Shown here one piece after another: positions 27,042 to 39,460 of a stretch of 60,000 nucleotides of DNA (position 1 is its first letter; the number at the start of each line of letters is the position of its first letter). The position numbers and the translations under genes were made by a program. The notes below the pieces were generated by a model. The model was not told the origin of the DNA. It saw nothing but the letters and a program-made list of their open reading frames with translations, and did not search any database. The stretch comes from Malacoraja senta (taxonomy: Eukaryota). The stretch lies in the NCBI GenBank assembly GCA_038087875.1, contig CM075989.1, positions 15,068,001-15,128,000 of the forward strand, written 5' to 3'.

Positions 27042-30000
27042 AGAAATATAGAAAATAGGTGCAGGAGTAGGCCATTCGGCCCTTCGAGCCTGCACCGCCA
27101 TTCACTATGATCATGGCTGATCATCCAACTCAGTATCCTGTACCTGCCTTCTCTCCATACCCCCTGATCCCTTTAGCCACAAGGGCCACATCTATCTCCC
27201 TCTTAAATATAGCCAATGAACTGGCCTCAACTACCTTCTGTGGCAGAGAATTCCACAGATTCACCACTCTCTGTGTGAAAAATGATTTTCTCATCTCGGT
27301 CCTAAAAGACTTCCCCCTTATCCTTAAACTGTGACCCCCTTGTTCTGGACTTCCCCAACATCGGGAACAATCTTCATGCATCTAGCCTGTCCAACCCCTT
27401 AAGAATCTTGTAAGTTTCTATAAGATCCCCCCTCAATCTTCTAAATTCTAGCGAGTACAAGCCGAGTCTATCCAGTCTTTCTTCATATGAAAGTCCTGCC
27501 ATCCCAGGAATCAGTCTGGTGAACCTTCTCTGTACTCCCTCTATGGCAAGAATGTCTTTCCTCAGAATTGGTGACCAAAACTGTACGCAATACTCCAGGT
27601 GTGGCCTCACCAAGACCCTGTACAACTGCAGTAGAACCTCCCTGCTCTTATACTCAAATCCTTTTGCTATGAATGCTAACATACCATTTGCTTTCTTCAC
27701 TGCCTGCTGCACCTGCATGCCTACTTTCAATGACTGGTGTACCATGACACCCAGATCTCGTTGCATCTCCCCTTTTCCTAATCGGCCACCATTCAGATAA
27801 TAGTCTACTTTCCTGTTTTTGCCACCAAAGTGGATAACCTCACATTTATCCACATTATACTGCATCTGCCATGCATTTGCCCACTCACCCAACCTATCCA
27901 AGTCACCTTGCAGCCTCCTAGCATCCTCCTCACAGCTAACACTGCCCCCCAGCTTTGTGTCATCCGCAAACTTGGAGATGTTGCATTCAATTCCCTCGTC
28001 CAGATCATTAATATATATTGTAAATAGCTGGGGTCCCAGCACTGAGCCTTGCGGTACCCCACTAGTCACTGCCTGCCATTCTGAAAAGGACCCGTTTACT
28101 CCTACTCTTTGCTTCCTGTCTGCCAGCCAGTTCTCTATCCACATCAATACTGAACCCCCAATACCGTGTGCTTTAAGTTTGCATACTAATCTCTTATGTG
28201 GGACCTTGTCGAAAGCCTTCTGAAAGTCCAGATATAACACATCCACTGGTTCTCCCTTATCCACTCTACTAGTTACATCCTCGAAAAATTCTAGAAGATT
28301 CATCAGACATGATTTACCTTTCATAAATCCATGCTGACTTTGTCCAATGATTTCACCACTTTCCAAATGTGCTGCTATCCCATCTTCAATAACTGACTCT
28401 AGCATTTCCCCCACTACCGATGTTAGACTAACTGGTCTGTAATTCCCCGTTTTCTCTCTCCCTCCATTTTTAAAAAGTGGGGTTACATTAGCTACCCTCC
28501 AATCCTCAGGAACTACTCCAGAATCTAAAGAGTTCTGAAAAATTATCACTAATGCATCCACTATTTCTGGGGCTACTTCCTTAAGTACTCTGGGATGCAG
28601 CCTGTCTGGCTCTGGGGATTTATCGGCCTTTAATCCATTCAATTTACCTAACACCACTTCCCGGCTAACCGGGATTTCACTCAGTTCCTCCATCTCATTT
28701 GACCCCCGGTCCCCTGCTATTTCCGGCAGATTATTTATGTCTTCCTTAGTGAAGACAGAACCAAAGTAGTTATTCAATTGGTCTGCCATATCCTTGTTCC
28801 CCATGATCAATTCACCTGTTTCTGACTGCAAGGGACCTACATTTGTTTTAACTAATCTTTTTCTCTTCACATATCTATAAAAACTTTTGCAGTCAGTTTT
28901 TATGTTCCCTGCCAGGTTTTTTTCATAATCTATTTTCCCTTTCCTAATTAAGCCCGTTGTCCTCCTCTGCTGGGCTCTGAATTTCTCCCAGTCCTCTGGT
29001 AGGCTGCTTTTTCTGGCGAATTTGTATGCTTCATCTTTTGTTTTGATACTATCCCTGATTTCCCTTGTTATCCACGGATGCGCTACCTTCCCTGATTTAT
29101 TCTTTTGCCAAACTGGGATGAACAATTGTTGTAGTTCATCCATGCAGTCTTTAAATGCCTTCCATTGCATATCCACCGTCAACCCTTTAAGAATCACTTG
29201 CCAGTCTATCTTGGCCAATTCACGTCTCATACCCTCAAAGTTACCTTTCTTTAAGTTCAGAACCCTTGTTTCTGAATTAACAATGTCACTCTCCATCCTA
29301 ATGAAGAACTCAACCATATTATGGTCACTCTTGCCCAAGGGGCCACGCACAACAAGACTGCTAACCACCCCTTCCTCATTACTCAATACCCAGTCTAGAA
29401 TAGCCTGTTCTCTCGTTCGTTCCTCTACATGTTAGTTTAGAAAACTATCCCGCATACATTCCAAGAAATCCTCTTCCTCAGCACCCCTGCCAATTTGATT
29501 CACCCAATCTATATGAAGATTGAAGTCACCCATTATAACAATTTTACCTTTGTTGCAAGCATTTCTAATTTCCTGTTTGATGCCATCCCCAACTCCACTA
29601 CTACTGTTAGGTGGCCTGTACACAACTCCCACTAGCGTTTTCTGCCCCTTAGTGTTTCGCAGCTCTACCCATATCGATTCCACATCCTCCAAGCGAATGT
29701 CCTTCCTTTCTATTGCATTAATCTCCTCTCTAACCAGCAACGCTACGCCACCTCCTTTTCCTTTCTGTCTATCCCTCCTGAATATTGAATATCTCTGGAT
29801 GTTCAGCTCCCAGCCTTGGTCACCCTGGAGCCATGTCTCCGTGATCCCAACTATATCATATTCATTAATAACTATCTGCACATTCAACTCATCCACCTTA
29901 TTATGAATGCTCCTTGCATTGAGACACAAAGCCTTCAGGCTTGTTTTTACAACACTCTCACCCCTTATACAATTATGTTGAAAAGTGGCCCTTTTTGATT

Positions 30001-30519
30001 TTTGCTCTGGATTTTTCTGCCTGCCACTTTTACTTTTCACCATGCTACCTGTTGCTTCTACCCTCATTTTACACCCCTCTGTCTCTCTACTCATGCTCCC
30101 ATTCCTCTGCCACATTAGTTTAAATCCTCCCCGACAGCACTAGCAAACACTCCCCCAAGGACATTGGTTCCATTCCAGCCCAGGTGCAGACCGTCCTGTT
30201 TGTACTGGTCCCACCTCCCCCAGAACTGGTTCCAATGCCCTAAAAATTTGAATCCCTCCCCCTTGCACCATTTTTCAAGCCACGTATTCATCTGCAATAT
30301 CCTCCTATTTCTACTCTGACTAGCACGTGGCACTGGCAATAATCCAGAGATTATTACCTTTGAGGTCCTACTTTTAAGTTTATCTCCTAGCTCCCTAAAT
30401 TCGCCTTGTAGGACCTCATCCCATTTTTTACCTATATCGTTGTGCCAATGTGCACCACGACAGCTGGCTGTTCACCCTCCCCCTCCAGAATGTTCTGCAG
30501 CTGTTCAGTGACATCCCTG
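27042..30519 (-). mobile_element. Near-intact CR1 LINE: ORF1 esterase C-terminus plus ORF2 (APE endonuclease and RT)
   Basis: ORF1 remnant ...YKQDGLHL (SGNH-esterase-type DxxH); EN motifs CLNARSI, GITETWL, GGGVAL, VYRPP, MGDFN, SDH; RT motifs FQKAFD, PQGSVLGP, FADD. Lesions are TAA at 29432-29434, TGA at 27374-27376 and a +1 G near 27335. Confidence 0.97.
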
Positions 30520-31454
30520 TTAAGAATGACTGAAGTTTATTTTTGATTAGGAGATGTAAAATCTGAGTGACTCAAATACCTGTGATGTTCACCTAAATAA
30601 CTTGCACGCAAATACAATCTGCACCAAACTTATGGGGAACTGCTAAGCCATCGAATAATTTCCATCCATAAGAATGGTGACCCAATAAGTAGTCAAATAC
30701 ACTAAATTAAAACTATTTCCTTTAATCACTTTTATGCACAATTTCCCGACATCTTCTGAAAAGTTTAAATTCCTCAATTTAGCACCAATATTTTGTAGGT
30801 GACCATTCAACTATTTGGAAAGCGAACATAGGTGTGAGAATGTGCAGTCTTCAGCCTGGTTATTGAATGCCTGCTGTTGATTTGACCCCAGGAGATCCAG
30901 CCCTCACTTGATCCACACAGATGTTGAGATACAAGAAATTGCAGATGCTGGGCTCTGGAGCAAAAAACAAAGGAACTCAGGCAGTCCAGGCAGGATCTGT
31001 GATGGGAAATTAACTGTCGGCTTTTCAGGTCAAGATCCTCCGCCCGGACATATGAAATGCTAATCAGTAGCAAGGACTTGCCCATCTTGAATCAGATAAC
31101 ACAACACGCTTTACAAAACTAGGTTACTTCTGGAAATCGATACCCGTGCAAGATTCTGGTTCAACATCATTTCAATGGGCTATTAAGACATGTTATGTAT
31201 TTTGGTTGATGTAAATAGGATTCGGCATCATCATTGCAAATGCATGTGATAGGACTTTCTACTCTTGTCGCCTGCTTATACCAGGAACATTGGTTGACAG
31301 ACCATAGTCTACCTGTTTGATCCAATGAGCAACATTATTAGCTGCAACGCTGACATTTGTAATTTTACTAGCACCAGCTTTTAAATCACCTTTTTGGTCA
31401 CTTATTTTAAACACAATGATGTTCCAGTTATGTAAACATTTCAGACCTACCCAC

Positions 31455-31533
31455 CTTCTTAATGGTTTTGGTTTGAACGCTGGCAAGTTCTCCTTTTATT
31501 GGATCATATAGAGACACTTTAGCGTACGGATCA
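31455..31533 (-). CDS. NEDD4: NEDD4 C2-domain exon ((S)DPYAKVSLYDPIKGELASVQTKTIKK)
   Basis: 79-nt exon with ctgcag acceptor and gtgggt donor, phase 2/0. The LYDP motif and exon length fit NEDD4 rather than NEDD4L (LYVADENRE). Confidence 0.95.
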
Positions 31534-32264
31534 CTGCAGAAACGATAGAAAGGGGTCAAAATGTTAGTTACTCAAGCAGAAGATCGCATAACTCTTTATG
31601 CTTTACATTATAAATGCAAATTTCTGCTAGATATTAAAATACCAATTTTAGCCCAAATTATAGTAAATATTTTCTACAAATAAGTATTTTGTATTAGTCA
31701 CATGCTTCCAAAACACGGACAACCCAATGTGCAAAGAACAATACAGATTCACCCATAAAAAGTGCCTAGTCATGTTGTAAATAATACTTCTCCATATCAC
31801 TATGTAATTATTTAATTGAATATTGTAATTAAACTCTCGAGTGTTCTAATTACAAATAATGTGTTGGCAACTCAAAATTTAGTATATACCTCCGGTTTGC
31901 ATCAATAGAAACAGTAGCACTTTACTTTTTATAAAAGTTACACTTTAAAAAAACTGTTCTCTAACACAGAACTCCATTCCATTTGACTTAGTAGATAAGG
32001 CAATAACTCACAGACTAATCTGCTCCAGCAGAGTAATATGGTGCAATGTATGGGGATAGGCAAATTCTCATCCCAACTTTTGCTGACATCTTTGCAGATG
32101 ATAAATATTTATCAGAAGCACAGGAGACACATGTACATATACTTGAACTGTTTTGACAATTTTATGAGTTCACTATTAATGTGTCTGGAAATATTTTAAT
32201 TTCAGCATAGAGAATATTCACGTCCTGTAAAAGCTTCCTCTGCTCTTTGCATCCTTACTGGGCC

Positions 32265-32632
32265 AATGGAGCATCGGCAGCAGCGGTGGAGCATCTGCAG
32301 CAGCGGTGGAGCATCGGCAGCAGCGGTGGAGCTTCGGCGATGGCAGCGGGGCATCGTGACCGACGGAGCTTCGTGGCGGTGGCAGTGAAGCCTCGCTGGT
32401 CGGCCCACAGTCGGCAGTTGATGAGGGCACGGGGGGACCACCGTAAGGGGAGGGGAGGGGGAAGAACGATGGAGGATCTAGCATGGGGGAGGGGGGAGAG
32501 CAAAGGAGGAGCTGATGGCGGTACTTTGTAACTTTGCCAGCGCTGTGTGTGGCGATTATTTGCATACCCAAGGTATGCAAGCAAACAATTTCACTGTGCC
32601 TCGTCACATGTGACAATAAGGTATTCCATTCC
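32265..32632 (+). mobile_element. LINE-related 3' fragment with short GCAGCAGCGGTGGAGCAT repeats
   Basis: Same 3' terminus as 12503-13140 (cacatgtgacaataag...attcc). Confidence 0.6.
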
Positions 32633-32761
32633 TTCTTTAGTTTAGTTTGGAGATACAGCATGAAAACAAGCCCTTTGGCCCACCAAGTCCATGCCACCCA
32701 TTGGCCAGTGATGTGGATCTTTGACATGGATGCCTTTTTGAGGCAGTGTCTCCTTTCGATA

Positions 32762-34385
32762 CAGTGCCCTCCATAATGTCTGGGACAAAGACCCATCATT
32801 TATTTATTTGCCTCTGAACTCCACAATTTGAGATTAGTAATAGAAAAAAAATCACATGTGGTTAAAGTGCATATTGTCAGATTTTATTAAAGGCCGGTTT
32901 TATACATTTTGATTTCACCGTGTAGAAATTACAGCTGTGTTTGTACATAGTCCCCCCCCATTTCAGGACACCATAATGTTTGGGACACATGGCTTCACAG
33001 GTATTTGTAATTGCTCAGGTGTGTTTAATTACCTCCTTAATGCAGGTATAAGAGAGCTCTCAGCACCTAGTCTTTCCTCCAGTCTTTCCATCACCTTTGG
33101 AAACTTGTATTGCTGTTTATCAACATGAGGACCAAAGTTATGCCAATTAAAGTCAAATAAGCCATTATGAGATTGAGAAAACAAGAATAAAACTGTTAGA
33201 GATATCAGCCAAACCTTAGGCTTCCCAAAATCAACTGTTTGTAACATCATTAAGAAGAAAGAGATCACTGGTGAGCTTACTAATCGCAAAGAGACTGGCA
33301 GGCCAAGGAAGATCTCCACAGCTGATGACAGAAGAATTCTCTCTTTTTTAAAGAAGAATCCCCAAACACCTGTCGAACAGATCAGAAACACTTCAGGAGT
33401 CAAGTGTGGATTTGTCAATGACCACTGTCCACAGAAGACTTCATTACCAGAAATACAGAGGCTACACTGCATGATGCAAACCACTGGTTAGCCACAAAAA
33501 TAGGATGACCAGGTTACAGTTTGCCAAGAAGTACTTAAAAGAGCAACCACAGTTCTGGAAAAAGGTCTTGTGGACAGATGGGACGAAGATTAACTTATAA
33601 CAGAGTGATGGCAAGAGCAAAGTCTGGAGGAAAGAAGGAACTACCACCTCATTTGTGAAACACGGTGATGGGGGTGTTATGGCCTGGGCATGTATGGCTG
33701 CTGAAGGTACTGGCTCACCTAACAACTGCTGATGGAAGTAGCATAATTAATTCTGAAGTGTATAGACACATCCTATCTGCTCAAGTTCAAACAAATGCCT
33801 CAAAACTCATTGGCCGGCGGTTCATTCTACGGGAAGACGATGATCCCAAACATACTTCTAAAGCAACAAATGAGTTTTTCAAATCTAAAAAATGGTAAAT
33901 TCTTGAGTGGCCAAGTGAATCACCCGATCTGAACCCAATTGAGCATGTCTGTGAGGCATGTCTGTTGAGGCTAAAGAGGAAACTGAAGGGGACTAGCCCC
34001 CAAAACAAGCATAAGCTAAAGATGGCTGCAATACAGGCCTGGCAAAGCATCACCAGAGAAGACACCCAGCAACTGGTGATGTCCATGAATCGCAGACTTC
34101 GAGCAGTCATTGCATGCAAAGGATGTGCAACAAAATACTAAACATGACTACTTTCATTTACATGTCATTGCTGTGTCCCAAACATTATGGTGCCCTGAAA
34201 TGTATAAACACTGCTGTAATTTCTACATGGTGAAACCAAAATGTATTAAAATGGCCTTTATTAAAACCTGACAATGTGCACTTTAACCACGTACGATTTT
34301 TTTCTATTACAAGTCTCAAATTGTGGAGTACAGAGGCAAATAAATAAATGATGGGTCTTTGTCCCAAACATTATGGAGGGCACTG
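32762..34385 (+). mobile_element. Full-length Tc1-family DNA transposon (IR/DR type) with inactivated transposase
   Basis: TA...TA TSD; about 230-bp TIRs starting CAGTGCCCTCCATAATG with an inner direct repeat; transposase remnants GRPRK, VLWTDGTK, VKHGDGGVMAWAC, EDDDPKH, WPSESPDLNPIE with stops and frameshifts. Confidence 0.96.
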
Positions 34386-34471
34386 TAGCTTCGATGATGG
34401 AAGATCAGCACCTGTGATGAACTGTGATGGTGTCTACTCTGCTTTCTCTTTCATTCTTAGACATTATTTAC

Positions 34472-34762
34472 TTTAGAGATACAGCATGGAAACAGGCCCT
34501 TCAGCCCACCGAGTCCTCGCCGATCAGCGATTACCCCGTTCACTACCGCTATCTTACACACGAGGGACGATTTACAATTAGTAGAAGCCATTTAACCTAC
34601 AAATCTGTACATCTTTGGGATGTGGGAGGAAACTGGAGCACCCGGAGAAAACCCATGCGCTCACAGAGAGAATTTACAAACTCTGTACAGACAGCACCCG
34701 AGTTCAGGATCGAACCCAGGTCTCTGATACTGTGAGACAGCAGCTCTACCAGCTGCGACGCC
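34472..34762 (-). mobile_element. SINE (HE1-like)
   Basis: Reverse complement of the SINE head, B box and tail. Confidence 0.8.
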
Positions 34763-36780
34763 CAAATTATTATTGCACCAACATGAAATTTTCCTCTTTA
34801 AATGTGATAATTTTCCCATTTGGCCTTTTTTATTAAGCCAAGGAATCAAATTATACTGAGTTGACTAACGTGGTGTTTCTGTGTCCATTTAGAACATAAT
34901 CAATGTACATTTGTATCACAAGTACAATTCTTCAAGGGTACACTCAAGATGTCTTCCCAAATATGTACCAGCACCAACTTCCAATGTAAGGAGAACTTAC
35001 ATTGTTTTTTTTACCCAGATTTGATCTCGACACATTAAGAATATGTGTGGAGATCTAATGTGGGCAACAAACTTGAAAAGTTACTGAATCACACTTATTG
35101 AGTAGTAACATGAGCAATAGTAAATAATTCTATTTCAAATAAACCGTGCATGTTAGCCCAACTACAGAACATTTCATTGCCACTTGTACAACTTTGAATC
35201 CACATTAGCCCAATATCCCAGCTACCAACTTGCAACCAGTGAACAGAAAATTCCACAGGCAACAGAGATTTATTGCAGCCAATGAAGCTAACTTCTCTGG
35301 AGACTGTTGTACACTAACATGGACAATTCATACACTGAAATACAGTGCCCGCAAAAAAACAAGGAACAAAAAACCAGAAACATCTGGTATCACTCTCATC
35401 GTTGGAAACTTAATTTATAGTTTGAAGTCTAGCGTGAAAATTGGAAAAAAATACACTGAGCCATCTTCAGGACACCAACTAAATAGCTTGGAAAAATCCC
35501 ACTTATTTTCTAGTTTATCTGACTGCAGATCTAAGCGGACCACAATTGGCAATCATTTTAAATAGATTCTGGTGGAAATAAACTTTCACTCAAATTATCC
35601 TAAATATAATTTTACTGCACAAAGAGGCTAAAGAAAATATGACGATAGCAGGAGTAGAGAATTACATCAAGATCGGTGGTTCCTTCCCATTGAACATCAT
35701 GGTCATGGAGATACAAAGGTGCAAGTTTAATGGAGATACATCGTGGAATCACATCTCAAATGCAACGCATGCAAAAGATGTCAACAAACAATATCTCCAC
35801 CAAAGTGTTAGAAAAGGGTTAAAAGCAATTGGAGACATCCTCAGGAGCAGAGCAGCCAGTTCACTGGTTGCTTATTTTAAAGCACTTACTTGCAAGGTTC
35901 TTTAAAAAGTACCAGAACTTCACAAATTTAAACAGTATCAGAGAAAGCGTTTTCAAAAGCTCTCTGTACCTGAAGGTGGCTTCGTAAAATATAATTCTCT
36001 GATATTGTTGAGATGGTTGAACAGGTGGAATTAAAGCCTATTTTACAACATGAAAACATGTCCCTGGTGTTCAATGTACAGGAGAAATGTATATAAAAAG
36101 TGTAGGGAATATGAGAATTCTGAAACAATATTCTCACAATGGGTTGCACTCTGCCTACAAAGAATCAAACAGTGGATCAGGTTTCACCTTCTTCAAGACA
36201 TTTGATAAATGGGATTTCCACTTTGCAGCAATGGTGATATCATTAAACTTCATAGTTCATAAGTTAGTTCATAAGTTATAGGAACAGAATCAGGCCATTC
36301 AGCCCATCAAGACAACTGCCATTCAATCATGGCTGATCTATCTTTCCCTCTCAACCCCATTCCCCTGCCTTCTCCCCATAACCCCTGACACCTTAATCTA
36401 ATTTAAATTTAAAATCAAATTTAAAATGAATAAAAATGCCTTTTTTAGTGAATGTATATTCCACATAAATGAAATGAGATTTTATTTGGGACTAGGGAGT
36501 TTGAGAAGCATTTATCAATGTTTAGTTCTCCTTTTAAGAATTTACTGTAAGGCTAATTTGACATGCCAGAGATTTTCATCAATTCAATGATTTATCTTGA
36601 TTTGTTGCAAGAAGATTACATGATGGCACAACGTGTGGAGTACTGAATTACTGTAAACAACCTAAGGATTACCATTTTAATTTACACATCTAAAGAAATT
36701 GCTGGGTTTTACCATTATAACCATAAAACCTGCTAATTATATTAGTGCTTTTCCTAATGTTGAACATATGATTATTTCAT

Positions 36781-36909
36781 ATGTCTGAAGAAGGGTCTCG
36801 ACCCGAAACGTCACCTATTTCTTCGCTCCATAGATGCTGCCTCACCAGTTTCTCCAGCATTTTTGTCTACTTTTGATTTTTCCAGCATCTGCAGTTCTTT
36901 CTTACACAC
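36781..36909 (+). mobile_element. 129-bp Penelope-derived element with intact hammerhead core
   Basis: CTGAAGAAGGGTCTCGACCCGAAACGTC at 36785-36812; 13-bp TSD ATGATTATTTCAT at 36768-36780 and 36910-36922. Confidence 0.82.
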
Positions 36910-37523
36910 ATGATTATTTCATTTGTAAAAAGAAACCCTTGGTCAGGCACCTAAAATGTTATATAATTAAGTTGGAACTAAACCAATCAACATCAAAGCT
37001 TTGAGGACTCTGTAGATTCTAACCTTGCACAACTTTGCACAGCGGTCATAGATTTGGTTAGACAATTTTGTACACAGTTGCTTATTTCGACAGAGTTGTG
37101 GTTTGCAGAGATTGATTTCAATGTCTAGCATTTTGGCCGTCATTGTCCAGTCACATGATGGCAGTGGAGCAAGCTCCAAGCAACACACGGTTTCATCATC
37201 TTCCTGTGCAAAGCAGTGTATCAAATCTCCATAATAATGAGCTCAAAGCCTGAAAGGCAGGATCTGCCAAAAAAAAAAAGGCCTGGAGCATTACAAAACT
37301 GCTTACCTTAAATAAAATAAAGCACTATTGTAAATATGTTTGTGCAATAAGAGGGAGTCGTTTATGGTGACCATGACTCCAGGGAGTGCTGTTCTGCAAG
37401 TTTGAAACAGTGTACTATTATGTTCATCAATTGCCTTCTGTTGTACTTGTTCACATCGAGAATAAGTAGAAACATGATGAAGTGAACAGCATCCAAGGTA
37501 ACTGGGTACGACAATTTCCAGTT

Positions 37524-38142
37524 TTTGACTCCACAGTCAAAAAGGCACAACAGAGGATGTACTTCCTACGGCAGCTGAGGAAGCACAATCTGCCACAGGC
37601 AATGATGGTCCAATTCTACACGGTCATCGTAGAGTCTGTTCTCACCTTCTCCATCATGGTCTGGTTTGGCTCAGCCACCAAGCACGACATCTGGAGGCTG
37701 CGGCGAATTGTCCGATCAGCAGAGAAGGTTATTGGCTGCAGCCTTCCTTCCATTGATGAACTGTACACTGCAAGGGCCAGGAAGCGAGCGGGCAAGATCA
37801 TCTCTGACCCTTCTCACCCTGGCCACAAACTCTTTGAATCACTTCCCTCTGGAAGGCGACTCCGGACTGTCAAAGCTGCTACAGCCAGACATAAAAACAG
37901 TTTTTATCCACGAGTAGTTGCTCTACTCAACAGCCAAAAATCTGTTGCCTCCCTTTGATCTGGTATTTTGTTGGTTCACATGCTTGATCAATGGTGTTTT
38001 ATCATTAATGTTTTATTATTATGAATGTTTAGTGTTTTCTGAGGCATTCGTAACTGTCACTGTATGTCATGTTGTTATTTTTGGGCGGAGCACCAAGGCA
38101 AATTCCTTGTATGTGAATACTTGGCCAATTAACTTACTTATT
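37524..38142 (+). mobile_element. Rex1/Babar-type LINE 3' fragment
   Basis: VKKAQQRMYFLRQL...HPGHKLFESLPSGRR...HKNSFYP. Confidence 0.88.
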
Positions 38143-38215
38143 CCTCTCTCCTGTTCACTCATTGATGTTATTTGTTAAAGGCACCCACGTCCACAAACTA
38201 GATCACAACCGACAT

Positions 38216-38526
38216 TCAGCGGTCACAGTGGCACAGCGGTAGAGTTGCTGCCTTACAGCGAATGCAGCGCCGGAGACCCGGGTTCGATCCCGACTACGGG
38301 TTCTGTCTGTATGGAGTTTGTACGTTCTCCCCGTGTCCTGCATGGGTTTTCTCCGAGATCCTCGGTTTCCTCCCACACTCCAAACCCGTACAGGTTTGTA
38401 GGTTAATTGGCTTGGTAAATGTAAAAAAAATGTCCACAGTGGGTGTAGGATGGTGTTAATGTGCGGGGATCGCATGTCAGCGGGGACCCGGTGGGCCGAA
38501 GGGCCTGTTTCCTCGCTGTATCTGTG
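38216..38526 (+). mobile_element. tRNA-derived SINE (HE1-like), full length
   Basis: A box gtggcacagcggt, B box ggttcgatcc; 8-bp TSD ACCGACAT at 38208-38215 and 38527-38534. Confidence 0.9.
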
Positions 38527-39460
38527 ACCGACATCTTACAAACATCAAGGATGCCGAAATATCGATCTCTCAGCAATCCACTTCCCAGTAATGACAACTA
38601 TTACTTGCTATGAGTCAGAACCATAATGAACTCTGCACGGCCCATTCCATGACAGTAACAAAGTAAGGGATATCACTTGTGTGAACCCCAAGTATGGCAA
38701 GGTCAATAACTCTGCATAAATACACCTGGAACTCTGAAGACTCTGGAAGGCTAGTAAGCTAAATCAAAGTCACAAAGGCAGACCAGACCTTGGCAGCCGG
38801 AGAAAAGGCCACATTACAAGAGTCAAGAGTATTTAATTGTCATATATACAGGCAACAGAACAATTAAACTATTGTTTGCTGCAGCTTCATATGCAATTAT
38901 ATACAAATAATTGTACAATAGTCAATAATAGTCATAGAGTTATACAGTGCTGAAACAGGTCCAACCTGCCCATGCCGACCAACATGCCCCATCTACACTA
39001 GTCCCACCTGCCTGCATTTGGCTCAAGTCCCTCTAAACCAATCCTATCCATGTAACTATCTAATTGTTTCTTAAATAGTATGTGGCAACTACATCCTCCG
39101 GCAGCACATTCCATTCACACACCACCTGTTGTGTAAAAATTTTACCCCTCAGGTTCCTTTAATACAATAGAAAAAATATTTTCCTATAAATAATACAATA
39201 AATTAATAACCGTCTTACTCAGTAACCAGAATAATGCAAAACTAAAGACCATAGTGCAACCAAAGGCAACCAATGGAAGATCACAGTTGCTGATGTCAAT
39301 GTTGTGTATTGTTCACTGAGGATGTTGTACTTGGGCTGAGGTTTAATCACATAAGCTTGCCACCTCCAACGACTCAAGTGGCCTCTCTGTACCCTGACTG
39401 GCTCCTTTAAGGTCTCAGCCAAGACCGATGACCAGATACTTCATGAGATTAAAGTTTTAA

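Noticed and set aside
36967..37224. Cys-rich 85-aa ORF with a possible donor at about 37023
   Set aside because: Non-ATG start, no recognisable domain, and phase 0 is incompatible with the next NEDD4 exon.
38216..38300. tRNA genes at SINE heads
   Set aside because: A and B boxes are present but continue into the SINE body and tail; no complete cloverleaf is evident.
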